Part shown: in pieces, positions 53,101 to 64,000 of the stretch | Position numbering within the stretch: position 1 is the first letter of the stretch | Layout of the letters: each line of letters opens with the position of its first letter | Source of the DNA: Eledone cirrhosa | Taxonomy: Eukaryota | Reading direction: 5' to 3' | DNA: 64,000 bases | NCBI GenBank assembly: GCA_964016885.1 | Contig: OZ024744.1 | Coordinates: 18,538,001-18,602,000, forward strand | Translations under genes and position numbers: made by a program | Notes under the pieces: model-generated | Database searches by the model: none | Seen by the model: only the letters and a program-made list of their open reading frames with translations | What the model was told of the DNA's origin: nothing

Positions 53101-56100
53101 TCTGTATGTCTGTGTCACTGTGTATGTCACTGTGTGTTTCTGGATGTCTGTGTCACTGTGTATGTCATTGTATCTTTGTGTATGTCTGTGTCACTGTGTA
53201 TGTCACTGTATGTTTCTGTAAGTTTGTGTCACTGTGTATGTCACTGTGTGTTTCTGTATGTCTGTGTCTCTGTGTACGTCACTGTATGTTTCTGTATATC
53301 TGTTTCACTGTGTATGTCACTGTGTCTTTATGTATGTCTGTGTCACTCTGTATGTCACTGTATATTTCTGTATGTCTGTGTCACTGTGTATATCACTGTA
53401 TGTTTCTGTATGTATGTGTCACTGTGTATGTCACTGTGTGTTTTTGTATGGCTGTGTCACTGTGTATGTCACAGTGTGTTTCTGTATGTCTGTGTCACTG
53501 TCTATGTCACTGTATGTTTCTGAATGTCTGTGTCACTGTGTATGTCACTGTGTGTTTGTGTATGTCTGTGTCACTGTATGTTTCTGTATGTCTGTGTCAC
53601 TGTGTATGTCACTGTGTGTTTTTGTATGTCTGTGTCACTGTGTATGTCATTGTATCTTTGTGTATGTCTGTGTCACTGTGTATGTCACTGTATGTTTCTG
53701 TAAGTTTGTGTCACTGTGTATGTCACTGTGTGTTTCTGTATGTCTGTGTCTCTGTGTATGTCACTGTATGTTTCTGTATGTCTGTTTCACTGTGTATGTC
53801 ACTGTGTCTTTATGTATGTCTGTGTCACTCTCTATGTCACTGTATATTTCTGTATGTCTGTGTCACTGTGTATATCACTGTATGTTTCTGTATGTCTGTG
53901 TCACTGTGTATGTCACTGTGTGTTTCTGTATGGCTGTGTCACTGTGTATGTCACTGTATCTTTGTGTATGTCTGTGTCACTGTGTATGTCACAGTGTGTT
54001 TCTGTATGTCTGTGTCACTGTCTATGTCACTGTATGTTTCTGAATGTCTGTGTCAGTGTGTATGTCACTGTGTGTTTGTGTATGTCTGTGTCACTGTATG
54101 TTTCTGTATGTCTGTGTCACTGTGTATGTCACTGTGTGTTTCTGTATGTCTGTGTCACTGTGTATGACATTGTATCTTTGTGTATGTCTGTGTCACTGTG
54201 TATGTCACTGTATGTTTCTGTATGTTTGTGTCACTGTGTATGTCACTGTGTGTTTCTGTATGTTTGTGTCTCAGTGTATGTCACTGTATGTTTCTGTATG
54301 TCTGTTTCACTGTGTATGTCACTGTGTCTTTATGTATGTCTGTGTCACTCTGTATGTCACTGTATATTTCTGTATGTCTGTGTCACTGTGTATGTCACTG
54401 TATGTTTGTGTATGTCTGTGTCACTGTGTATGTCACTGTATGCTTCTGTATGTCTGTGTCACTGTGTATGTCACTGTATCTTTGTGTATGTCTGTGTCCC
54501 TGTGTATGTCACTGTATGTTTCTGTATGTTTGTGTCACTGTGTATGTCACTGTGTGTTTCTGTATGTCTGTGTCACTGTGTATGTCACTGTGTGTTTCTG
54601 TATGTTTGTGTCACTGTGTATGTCACTAAATGTTTGTGTGTGTCTGTGTCTCTGTGTATGTCACTGTTTGTTTGCGTGTGTCTGTGTCACTGTGTATGTC
54701 ACTGTGTGTTTCTGTATGTCTGTGTGACTGTCTATGTCACTGTGTGTTTCTGTATGTTTGTGTCACTGTGTATGTCACTAAATGTTTGTGTGTGTCTGTG
54801 TCTCTGTGTATGTCACTGTTTGTTTGCGTGTGTCTGTGTCACTGTGTATGTCACTGTATGTTTCTGTATGTCTGTGTCACTTTGTATGTCACTGTGTGTT
54901 TCTGTATGTATGTGTCACCGTGTATGTCACTGTATCTTTGTGTATGCCTGTGTCACTGTGTATGTCACTGTGTGTTTCTGTATGTTTGTGTCACTGTGTA
55001 TGTCACTAAATGTTTGTGTGTGTCTGTGTCACTGTGTATGTCACTGTGTGTTTCTGTATGTCTGTGTGACTGTGTATGTCACTGTTTGTTTGTGTATGTC
55101 TGTGTCACTGTGTGTGTTTCTGTATGTCTGTGTCACTGTGTATGTCATTGCATCTTTGTGTATGTCTGTCTCACTGTGTATGTCACTGTGTGTTTCTGCA
55201 TGTCTGTGTCACTGTGTATGTCACTGTGTGTTTCTGTATGTCTGTGTCACTGTGTATGTCACTGTATGTTTCTGTATGTCTCTTTCACTGTGTATATCAC
55301 TGTGTGTTTCTGTATGTCTGTGTCACTGTATATGTCACTGTATCTTTGTGTATGCCTGTGTCACTGTCTATGTCACTGTATGTTTCTGTACGTCTGTTTC
55401 ACTGTGTATATCACTGTATATTTGTGTATGTCTGTGTCACTCTGTATGTCACTGTGTGTTTCTGTATGTCTGTGTCACTATGTATGCCACTGTATATTTG
55501 TGTTGTCTGTGTCATTGTGTATGTCACTGCGTGTTTCTGTATGTCTGTGTCACTGTGTATGACACTGTGTCTTTCTGTATGTATGTATCACTGTGTATGT
55601 CACTGTGTGTATCTGTATGTCGGTGTCGCTGTGTATGTCATTGTATCTTTGTGTATGTCTGTGGCACTCTGTATGTCGTTGTGTGTTTCTGTATGTATGT
55701 GTCTCTGTGTATGTCACTGTATATTTGTGTATGTATGTGTCACTGTGTATGTCACTGTGAGTTTCTCTATGTCTGTGTCACTGTGTATGTCACTGTATGT
55801 CTCTGTATGTCTGTGTCACTGTCTATGTCACTGTATCTTTGTGTATGTCTGTGTCACTGTGTATGTCACAGTTTGTTTCTGTATATATGTGTCTCTGTGT
55901 ATGTCACTGTAGTTTTGTGTATGTCTGTGTCACTGTGTGTTTCTGTATGTCTGTGTCACTGTGTATGTCACTGTATGTTTCTGTATGTCTGTGTCACTGT
56001 GTATGTCACTGTTTGTTTCTGTATGTATGTGTCACTGTGTATGTCACCGTATGTGTGTGTATGTCTGTGTCACGGTGTATGTCACTGTATCTTAGTGTAT

Positions 56101-59100
56101 GCCTGTGTCACTGTGTATGTCACTGTGAGTTTCTGTATGTCTGTGTATCTGTGTATGTCACTGTATCTTTGTGCATGTATGTGTCACTGTGTATGTCACT
56201 GTATGTTTCTGTATGTCTGTGTCACTGTGTATATCACTGTGTGTTTCTGTATATCTGTGTCTCTGTGTATGTCACTGTATCTTTGTGTATGTCTGGGTCA
56301 CTGTGTATGTCACTGTATATTTGTGTATGTCTGTGTCACGGTGTATATCACTGTATGTTTGTGTATGTCTGTGTCACTGTGTATGTCACTGTGTGTTTCT
56401 GTATGTATGTGTCACTGTGTATATCAATGTGTGTTTCTGTATCTCTGTGTCACGGTGTATGTCACTGCATGTTTGTGTATGTCTGTGTGACTGTGTATGT
56501 CACTGTGTGTTTCTGTATGGCTGTGTCACTGTGTATGTCACTGTATCTTTGTGTATGTCTGTGTCACTGTGTATGTCACAGTGTGTTTCTGTATGTCTGT
56601 GTCACTGTATATGTCACTGTATGTTTCTGAATGTCTGTGTCACTGTGTATGTCACTGTGTGTTTCTGTATGTTTGTGTCACTGTGTATGTCACTAAATGT
56701 TTGTGTGTGTCTGTGTCTCTGTGTATGTCACTGTTTGTTTGCGTGTGTCTGTGTCACTGTGTATGTCACTGTATGTTTCTGTATGTCTGTGTCACTTTGT
56801 ATGTCACTGTGTGTTTCTGTATGTATGTGTCACCGTGTATGTCACTGTATCTTTGTGTATGCCTGTGTCACTGTGTATGTCACTGTGTGTTTCTGCATGT
56901 CTGTGTCACTGTGTATGTCACTGTGTGTTTCTGTATGTCTGTGTCACTGTGTATGTCACTGTATGTTTCTGTATGTCTCTTTCACTGTGTATATCACTGT
57001 GTGTTTCTGTATGTCTGTGTCACTGTATATGTCACTGTATCTTTGTGTATGCCTGTGTCACTGTCTATGTCACTGTATGTTTCTGTATGTCTGTTTCACT
57101 GTGTATGTCACTGTATATTTGTGTATGTCTTGTCACTCTGTATGTCACTGTGTGTTTCTGTATGTCTGTGTCACTATGTATGCCACTGTATATTTGTGTT
57201 GTCTGTGTCATTGTGTATGTCACTGGGTGTTTCTGTATGTCTGTGTCACTGTGTATGACACTGTGTCTTTCTGTATGTATGTATCACTGTGTATGTCACT
57301 GTGTGTATCTGTATGTCGGTGTCACTGTGTAAGTCATTGTATCTTTGTGTATGTCTGTGGCACTCTGTATGTCGTTGTGTGTTTCTGTATGTCTGTGTCA
57401 CTGTGTATGTCACAGTGTGTTTCTGTATATATGTGTCTCTGTGTATGTCACTGTAGTTTTGTGTATGTCTGTGTCACTGTGTGTTTCTGTATGTATGTGT
57501 CACTGTGTATGTCACTGTATGTTTCTGTATGTCTGTGTCACTGTGTATGTCACTGTTTGTTTCTGTATGTATGTGTCACTGTGTATGTCACCGTATGTGT
57601 GTGTATGTCTGTGTCACGGTGTATGTCACTGTATCTTAGTGTATGCCTGTGTCACTGTGTATGTCACTGTGAGTTTCTGTATGTCTGTGTCTCTGTGTAT
57701 GTCACTGTATCTTTGTGCATGTATGTGTCACTGTGTATGTCACTGTATGTTTCTGTATGTCTGTGTCACTGTGTATATCACTGTGTGTTTCTGTATATCT
57801 GTGTCTCTGTGTATGTCACTGTATCTTTGTGTATGTCTGGGTCACTGTGTATGTCACTGTATATGTGTGTATGTCTGTGACACGGTGTATATCACTGTAT
57901 GTTTGTGTATGTCTGTGTCACTGTGTATGTCACTGTGTGTTTCTGTATGTCTGTGTCACTGTGTATATCAATGTGTGTTTCTGTATCTCTGTGTCACGGT
58001 GTATGTCACTGCATGTTTGTGTATGTCTGTGTGACTGTGTATGTCACTGTGTGTTTCTGTATGGCTGTGTCACTGTGTATGTCACTGTATCTTTGTGTAT
58101 GTCTGTGTCACTCTGTATGTCACTGTATATTTCTGTATGTCTGTGTCACTGTGTATATCACTGTATGTTTCTGTATGTATGTGTCACTGTGTGTTTCTGT
58201 ATGGCTGTGTCACTGTGTATGTCACTGTATCTTTGTGTATGTCTGTGTCACTGTGTATGTCACAGTGTGTTTCTGTATGTCTGTGTCACTGTCTATGTCA
58301 CTGTATGTTTCTGAATGTCTGTGTCACTGTGTATGTCACTGTGTGTTTGTGTATGTCTGTGTCACTGTATGTTTCTGTATGTCTGTGTCACTGTGTATGT
58401 CACTGTGTGTTTCTGTATGTCTGTGTCACAGTGTATGACATTGTATCTTTGTGTATGTCTGTGTCACTGTGTATGTCACTGTATGTTTCTGTATGTTTGT
58501 GTCACTGTGTATGTCACTGTGTGTTTCTGTATGTTTGTGTCTCTGTGTATGTCACTGTATGTTTCTGTATGTCTGTTTCACTGTGTATGTCACTGTGTCT
58601 TTATGTATGTCTGTGTCACTCTGTATGTCACTGTATATTTCTGTATGTCTGTGTCACAGTGTATGTCACTGTATGTTTCTGTATGTCTGTGTCACTGTGT
58701 ATGTCACTGTATGCTTCTGTATGTCTGTGTCACTGTGTATGTCACTGTATCTTTGTGTATGTCTGTGTCCCTGTGTATGTCACTGTATGTTTCTGTATGT
58801 TTGTGTCACTGTGTATGTCACTGTGTGTTTCTGTATGTCTGTGTCACTGTGTATGTCACTGTGTGTTTCTGTATGTTTGTGTTACTGTGTATGTCACTAA
58901 ATGTTTGTGTGTGTCTGTGTCTCTGTGTATGTCACTGTTTGTTTGCGTGTGTCTGTGTCACTGTGTATGTCACTGTGTGCTTCTGTATGTCACTGTGTGT
59001 TTGTGCATGTCTGTGTCACTGTATGCTTCTGTATGTCTGTGTCACAGTGTATGTCACTGTGTGTTTCTGTATGTATGTGTCACCGTGTATGTCACTGTAT

Positions 59101-59337
59101 CTTTGTGTATGCCTGTGTCACTGTGTATGTCACTGTGTGTTTCTGTATGTTTGTGTCACTGTGTATGTCACTAAATGTTTGTGTGTGTCTGTGTCACTGT
59201 GTATGTCACTGTGTGTTTCTGTATGTCTGTGTGACTGTGTATGTGACTGTTTGTTTCTGCATGTCTGTGTCACTGTGTATGTCACTGTGTGTTTCTGTAT
59301 GTCTGTGTCACTGTGTATGTCACTGTATGTTTCTGTA
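50174..59337 (+). repeat. Duplication 4, copy B
   Basis: Near-identical to copy A, with two monomers missing near 51330-51450. The junction lies within 50174-50215. Similarity ends at 59338. Confidence 0.92.
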
Positions 59338-62300
59338 TGTCTGTTTCACTGTGTATATCACTGTGTGTTTCTGTATGTCTGTGTCACTGTATATGTCACT
59401 GTATCTTTGTGTATGCCTGTGTCACTGTCTATGTCTCTGTATGTTTCTGTATGTCTGTGTCACTATGTATGCCACTGAATATTTGTGTTGTCTGTGTCAT
59501 TGTATATGTCACTGGGTGTTTCTGTATGTCTGTGTCACTGTGTATGACACTGTGTCTTTCTGTATGTATGTATCACTGTGTATGTCACTGTGTGTATCTG
59601 TATGTCTGTGTCACTGTGTAAGTCATTGTATATTTGTGTATGTCTGTGTCACTGTGTATGTCACTGTATGTTTCTGTAAGTTTGTGTCACTGTGTATGTC
59701 ACTGTGTGTTTCTGTATGTCTGTGTCTCTGTGTATGTCACTGTATGTTTCTGTATGTCTGTTTCACTGTGTATGTCACTGTGTCTTTATGTATGTCTGTG
59801 TCACTCTGTATGTCACTGTATATTTCTGTATGTCTGTGTCACTGTGTATGTCACTGTATGTTTCTGTATGTTTGTGTCACTGTGTATGTCACTGTATGTT
59901 TCTGTATGTCTGTTTCACTGTGTATGTCACTGTGTCTTTATGTATGTCTGTGTCACTCTGTATGTCACTGTACATTTCGGTATGTCTGTGTCACTGTGTA
60001 TGTCACTGTATGTTTCTGTATGTCTGTGTCTATGTGTATGTCACTGTATGTTTCTGTATGTCTGTGTCACTGTGTATGTCAATGTATGTTTATGTATGTC
60101 TGTTTCACTGTGTATGTCACTGTGTGTTTCTGTATGTCTGTGTCACTCTGTATGTCACTGTATATTTCTGTATGTCTGTGTCACTGTGTATGTCACTGTA
60201 TGTTTCTGTATGTCTGTGTCACTGTGTATGTCACTGTGTGTTTCTGTATGTCTGTGTCACTGTATATGTCACTGTATCTTTGTGTATGCCTGTGTCACTG
60301 TTTATGTGACTGTATGTTTCTGTATGTCTGTTTCAGTGTGTATGTCACTGTATATTTGTGTATGTCTGTGTCACTCTGTATGTCACTGTGTGTTTCTGTA
60401 TGTCTGTGTCACTATGTATGCCACTGTATGTTTGTGTTATCTGTGTCATTGTATATGTCACTGTGTGTTTCTGTATGTCTGTGTCACTGTGTATGACACT
60501 GTGTGTTTTTGTATGTATGTATCACTGTGTATGTCACTGTGTGTTTCTGTATGTCTGTGTCACTATGTAAGTCATTGTATCTTTGTGTATGTCTGTGGCA
60601 CTCTGTATGTTGTTGTGTGTTTCTGTATGTATGTGTCTCTGTGTATGTCACTGTATCTTTGTGTATGTATGTGTCACTGTGTATGTTACTGTGAGTTTAT
60701 GTATGTCTGTGTCACTGTGTATGTCACTGTATGTCTATGTATGTCTGTGTCACTGTCTATGTCACTGTATCTTTGTGTATGTCTGTATCACTGTGTATGT
60801 CACTGTGTGTTTATGTATGACTGTGTCTCTGTGTATGTCACTGTATCTTTGCGTATGTCTGCGTCACTGTGTATGTCACTGTGTGTTTCTGTATGTCTGT
60901 GTCACTGTGTATGTCACAGTGTGTTTCTGTATATCTGTGTCTCTGTGTATGTCACTGTATCTTTGTGTATGTCTGTGTCACTGTGTATGTCACTGTATGT
61001 TTCTGTATGTATGTTTCACTGTGTATGTCACTAAATGTTTGTGTGTGTCTGTGTCTCTGTGTATGTCACTGTGTGTTTGCGTGTCTCTGTGTCACTGTGT
61101 ATGTCACTGTTTGTTTCTGTATGTCTGTGTGACTGTGTATGTCACTGTTTGTTTGTGTATGTCTGTGTCACTGTGTGTGTTTCTGTATGTCTGTGTCACT
61201 GTGTATGTCATTGCATCTTTGTGTATGTATGTGTCACTCTGTATGTCACTGTGTCTTTCTGCATGTCTGTGTCACTGTGTATGTCACTGTGTGTTCCTGT
61301 ATGTCTGTGTCACTGTGTATGTCACTGTATGTTTCTGTATGTCTGTTTCACTGTGTATATCACTGTGTGTTTCTGTATGTCTGTGTCACTGTATATGTCA
61401 CTGTATCTTTGTGTATGCCTGTGTCACTGTCTATGTCACTGTATGTTTCTGTATGTCTGTTTCACTGTGTATGTCACTGTATATATGTGTATGTCTGTGT
61501 CACTCTGTATGTCACTGTGTGTTTCTGTATGTCTGTGTCACTATGCATGCCACTGTATGTTTGTGTTGTCTGTGTCATTGTGTATGTCACTGGGTGTTTC
61601 TGTATGTCTGTGTCACTGTGTATGACACTGTGTCTTTCTGTATGTATGTATCACTGTGTATGTCACTGCGTGTATCTGTATGTCTGTGTCACTGTGTAAG
61701 TCATTGTATCTTTGTGTATGTCTGTGGCACTCTGTATGTCGTTGTGTGTTTCTGTATTTATGTGTCTCTGTGTATGTCACTGTATATTTGTGTATGTATG
61801 TGTCACTGTGTATGTCACTGGGAGTTTCTCTATGTCTGTGTCACTGTGTATGTCACTGTATGTCTCTGTATGTCTGTGTCACTGTCTATGTCACTGTATC
61901 TTTGTGTATGTCTGTGTCACTGTGTATGTCACTGTGTGTTTATGTATTTCTGTGTCTCTGTGTATGCCACTGTATCTTTGTGTATGTCTGCGTCACTGTG
62001 TATGTCACTGTGTGCTTCTGTATGTCTATGTCACTGTGTATGTCACAGTGTGTTTCTGTATATATGTGTCTCTGTGTATGTCACTGTATCTTTGTGTATG
62101 TCTGTGTCACTGTGTGTTTCTGTATGTCTGTGTCACTGTGTATGTCACTGTATGTTTGTGTGTGTCTGTGTCACTGTTTATGTCACTGTGTGTTTGTGTA
62201 TGTCTGTGTCACTGTATGTTTCTGTATGTCTGTGTCACTGTGTATGTCACTGTTTGTTTCTGTATGTATGTGTCACTGTGTATGTCACCGTATGTGTGTG

Positions 62301-64000
62301 TATGTCTGTGTCACGGTGTATGTCACTGTATCTTTGTGTATGCCTGTGTCACTGTGTATATCACTGTGTGTTTCTGTATGTCTGTGTCACTGTGTATGTC
62401 ACTGTATGTTTGTGTATGCCTGTGTCACTGTGTATGTCGCTGTGTGTTTCTGTATGTCTGTGTCACTGTGTATGTCACTGTGTGTTTCTGTATGTCGGTG
62501 TCACTGTGTATATCACTGTGTGTTTCAGTATATCTGTGTCTCTGTGTATGTCACTGTTTGTTTGCGTGTGTCTGTGTCACTGTGTATGTCACTGTGTGTT
62601 TCTGTATGTCTGTGTGACTGTGTATGTCACTGTGTGTTTGTGTATGTCTGTGTCACTGTATGTTTCTGTATGTCTGTGTCACTGTGTATGTCACTGTGTG
62701 TTTCTGTATGTATGTGTCACCGTGTATGTTACTGTATCTTTGTGTATGCCTGTGTCACTGTGTATGTTACTGTGTGTTTCTGTATGTTTGTGTCACTGTG
62801 TATGTCACTAAATGTTTGTGTATGTCTGTGTCTCTGTGTATGTCACTGTGTGTTTGCGTGTGTCTGTGTCACTGTGTATGTCACTGTGTGTTTCTGTATG
62901 TCTGTGTGACTGTGTATGTCACTGTTTGTTTGTGTATGTCTGTGTCACTGTGTGTGTTTCTGTATGTCTGTGTCACTGTGTATGTCATTGCATCTTTGTG
63001 TATGTCTGTCTCACTCTGTATGTCACTGTGTGTTTCTGCATGTCTGTTTCACTGTGTATGTCACTGTGTGTTTCTGTATGTCTGTGTCACGGTGTATGTC
63101 ACTGTACGTTTGTGTGTGACTGTGTCACTGTGTATGTCACTAAATGTTTGTGTGTGTCTGTGTCTCTGTGTATGTCACTGTTTGTTTGCGTGTGTCTGTG
63201 TCACTGTGTATGTCACTGTATGTTTCTGTATGTATGTGTCACCGTGTATGTCACTGTATCTTTGTGTATGCCTGTGTCACTGTGTATGTCACTGTGTGTT
63301 TCTGTATGTATGTGTCACCGTGTATGTCACTGTATCTTTGTGTATGCCTGTGTCACTGTATGTTTCTGTATGTCTGTGTCACTGTGTATGTCACTGTGTG
63401 TTTCTGTATGTATGTGTCACCGTGTATGTCACTGTATCTTTGTGTATGCCTGTGTCACTGTGTATGTCACTGTGTGTTTCTGTATGTTTGTGTCACTGTG
63501 TATGTCACTAAATGTTTGTGTGTGTCTGTGTCACTGTGTATGTCACTGTTTGTTTCTGTATGTCTGTGTGACTGTGTATGTCACTGTTTGTTTGTGTATG
63601 TCTGTGTCACTGTGTGTGTTTCTGTATGTCTGTGTCACTGTGTATGTCATTGCATCTTTGTGTATGTCTGTCTCACTGTGTATGTCACTGTGTGTTTCTG
63701 CATGTCTGTGTCACTGTGTATGTCACTGTGTGTTTCTGTATGTCTGTGTCACTGTGTATGTCACTGTATGTTTCTGTATGTCTGTGTCACTTTGTATGTC
63801 ACTGTGTGTTTCTGTGTGTATGTGTCACCGTGTATGTCACTGTATCTTTGTGTATGCCTGTGTCACTGTGTATGTCACTGTGAGTTTCTGTATGTTTGTG
63901 TCACTGTGTATGTCACTAAATGTTTGTGTGTGTCTGTGTCACTGTGTATGTCACTGTGTGTTTCTGTATGTCTGTGTGACTGTGTATGTCACTGTTTGTT

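Larger units (their letters stand above)
1..64000. repeat. Tandem satellite/minisatellite array, 38-bp TG-rich monomer (TGTCACTGTGTATGTCACTGTRTGTTTCTGTATGTCTG), apparently continuing past both window edges
   Basis: GTCACTGT recurs at alternating 12- and 26-bp spacing throughout, with no unique sequence or inversion. Length variants: 26 bp (12-mer lost), 28, 36, 37, 44 and 50 bp (extra 12-mer, ~3391). Confidence 0.99.

Noticed and set aside
1-64000. CRISPR array (38-bp period)
   Set aside because: No unique spacers, leader or cas genes; the whole unit is repeated.
1-64000. Telomeric repeat or G-quadruplex array
   Set aside because: TG-rich, but G-runs are essentially absent (GGG only in rare variants) and there is no TTAGGG-type unit. 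A subtelomeric location cannot be judged from this window.
1-64000. TGTCA as a TALE-homeodomain (MEIS/TGIF) site array
   Set aside because: Only the 5-bp core is present (TGACAT/TGACAC rather than TGACAG), with no independent support.
1-64000. Substitutions restricted to the non-T position of each dinucleotide (a hidden code)
   Set aside because: Many variants hit the T position (GAGT, GCAT, GGGT, CACGG, GGCT, GAAT, TAAG), so no clear constraint is visible by eye.
1-64000. RAG signal joints, inversions or transposon insertions
   Set aside because: I found no CACTGTGCACAGTG/GTGCAC junction, no CA-rich inverted segment and no foreign sequence on reading the window.

Overview
The entire 64 kb window is one uninterrupted, single-orientation tandem array (satellite or large minisatellite, about 1,700 units). 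The consensus monomer is 38 bp, TGTCACTGTGTA-TGTCACTGTR-TGTTTCTGTA-TGTCTG (42% GC, 74% T+G on the + strand, no CpG), and looks like a decayed (TG)n microsatellite. I see no credible gene, RNA gene, mobile element or CRISPR array; the Cys/Val-rich ORFs follow from the repeat lacking + strand stop codons. Variant monomers show a nested structure: 12/26-bp subunits, the 38-bp monomer, 152-bp and 482-bp local multimers, a ~3.65-kb higher-order cycle, and four near-identical recent duplications (offsets 8784/8822, 8697/8698, 6759-6861 and 9196-9120). An older haplotype is shared between the two ends of the window. The most unusual signal is on the minus strand: most monomers contain a perfect V(D)J heptamer (CACAGTG) with a nonamer-like tract downstream, so the array is dense in cryptic RSS-like sites. 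That resemblance is direct, but any function is unproven and no recombination products are visible. The organism cannot be identified; a eukaryote is likely (inference). All alignments were done by eye with ORF-track offsets.
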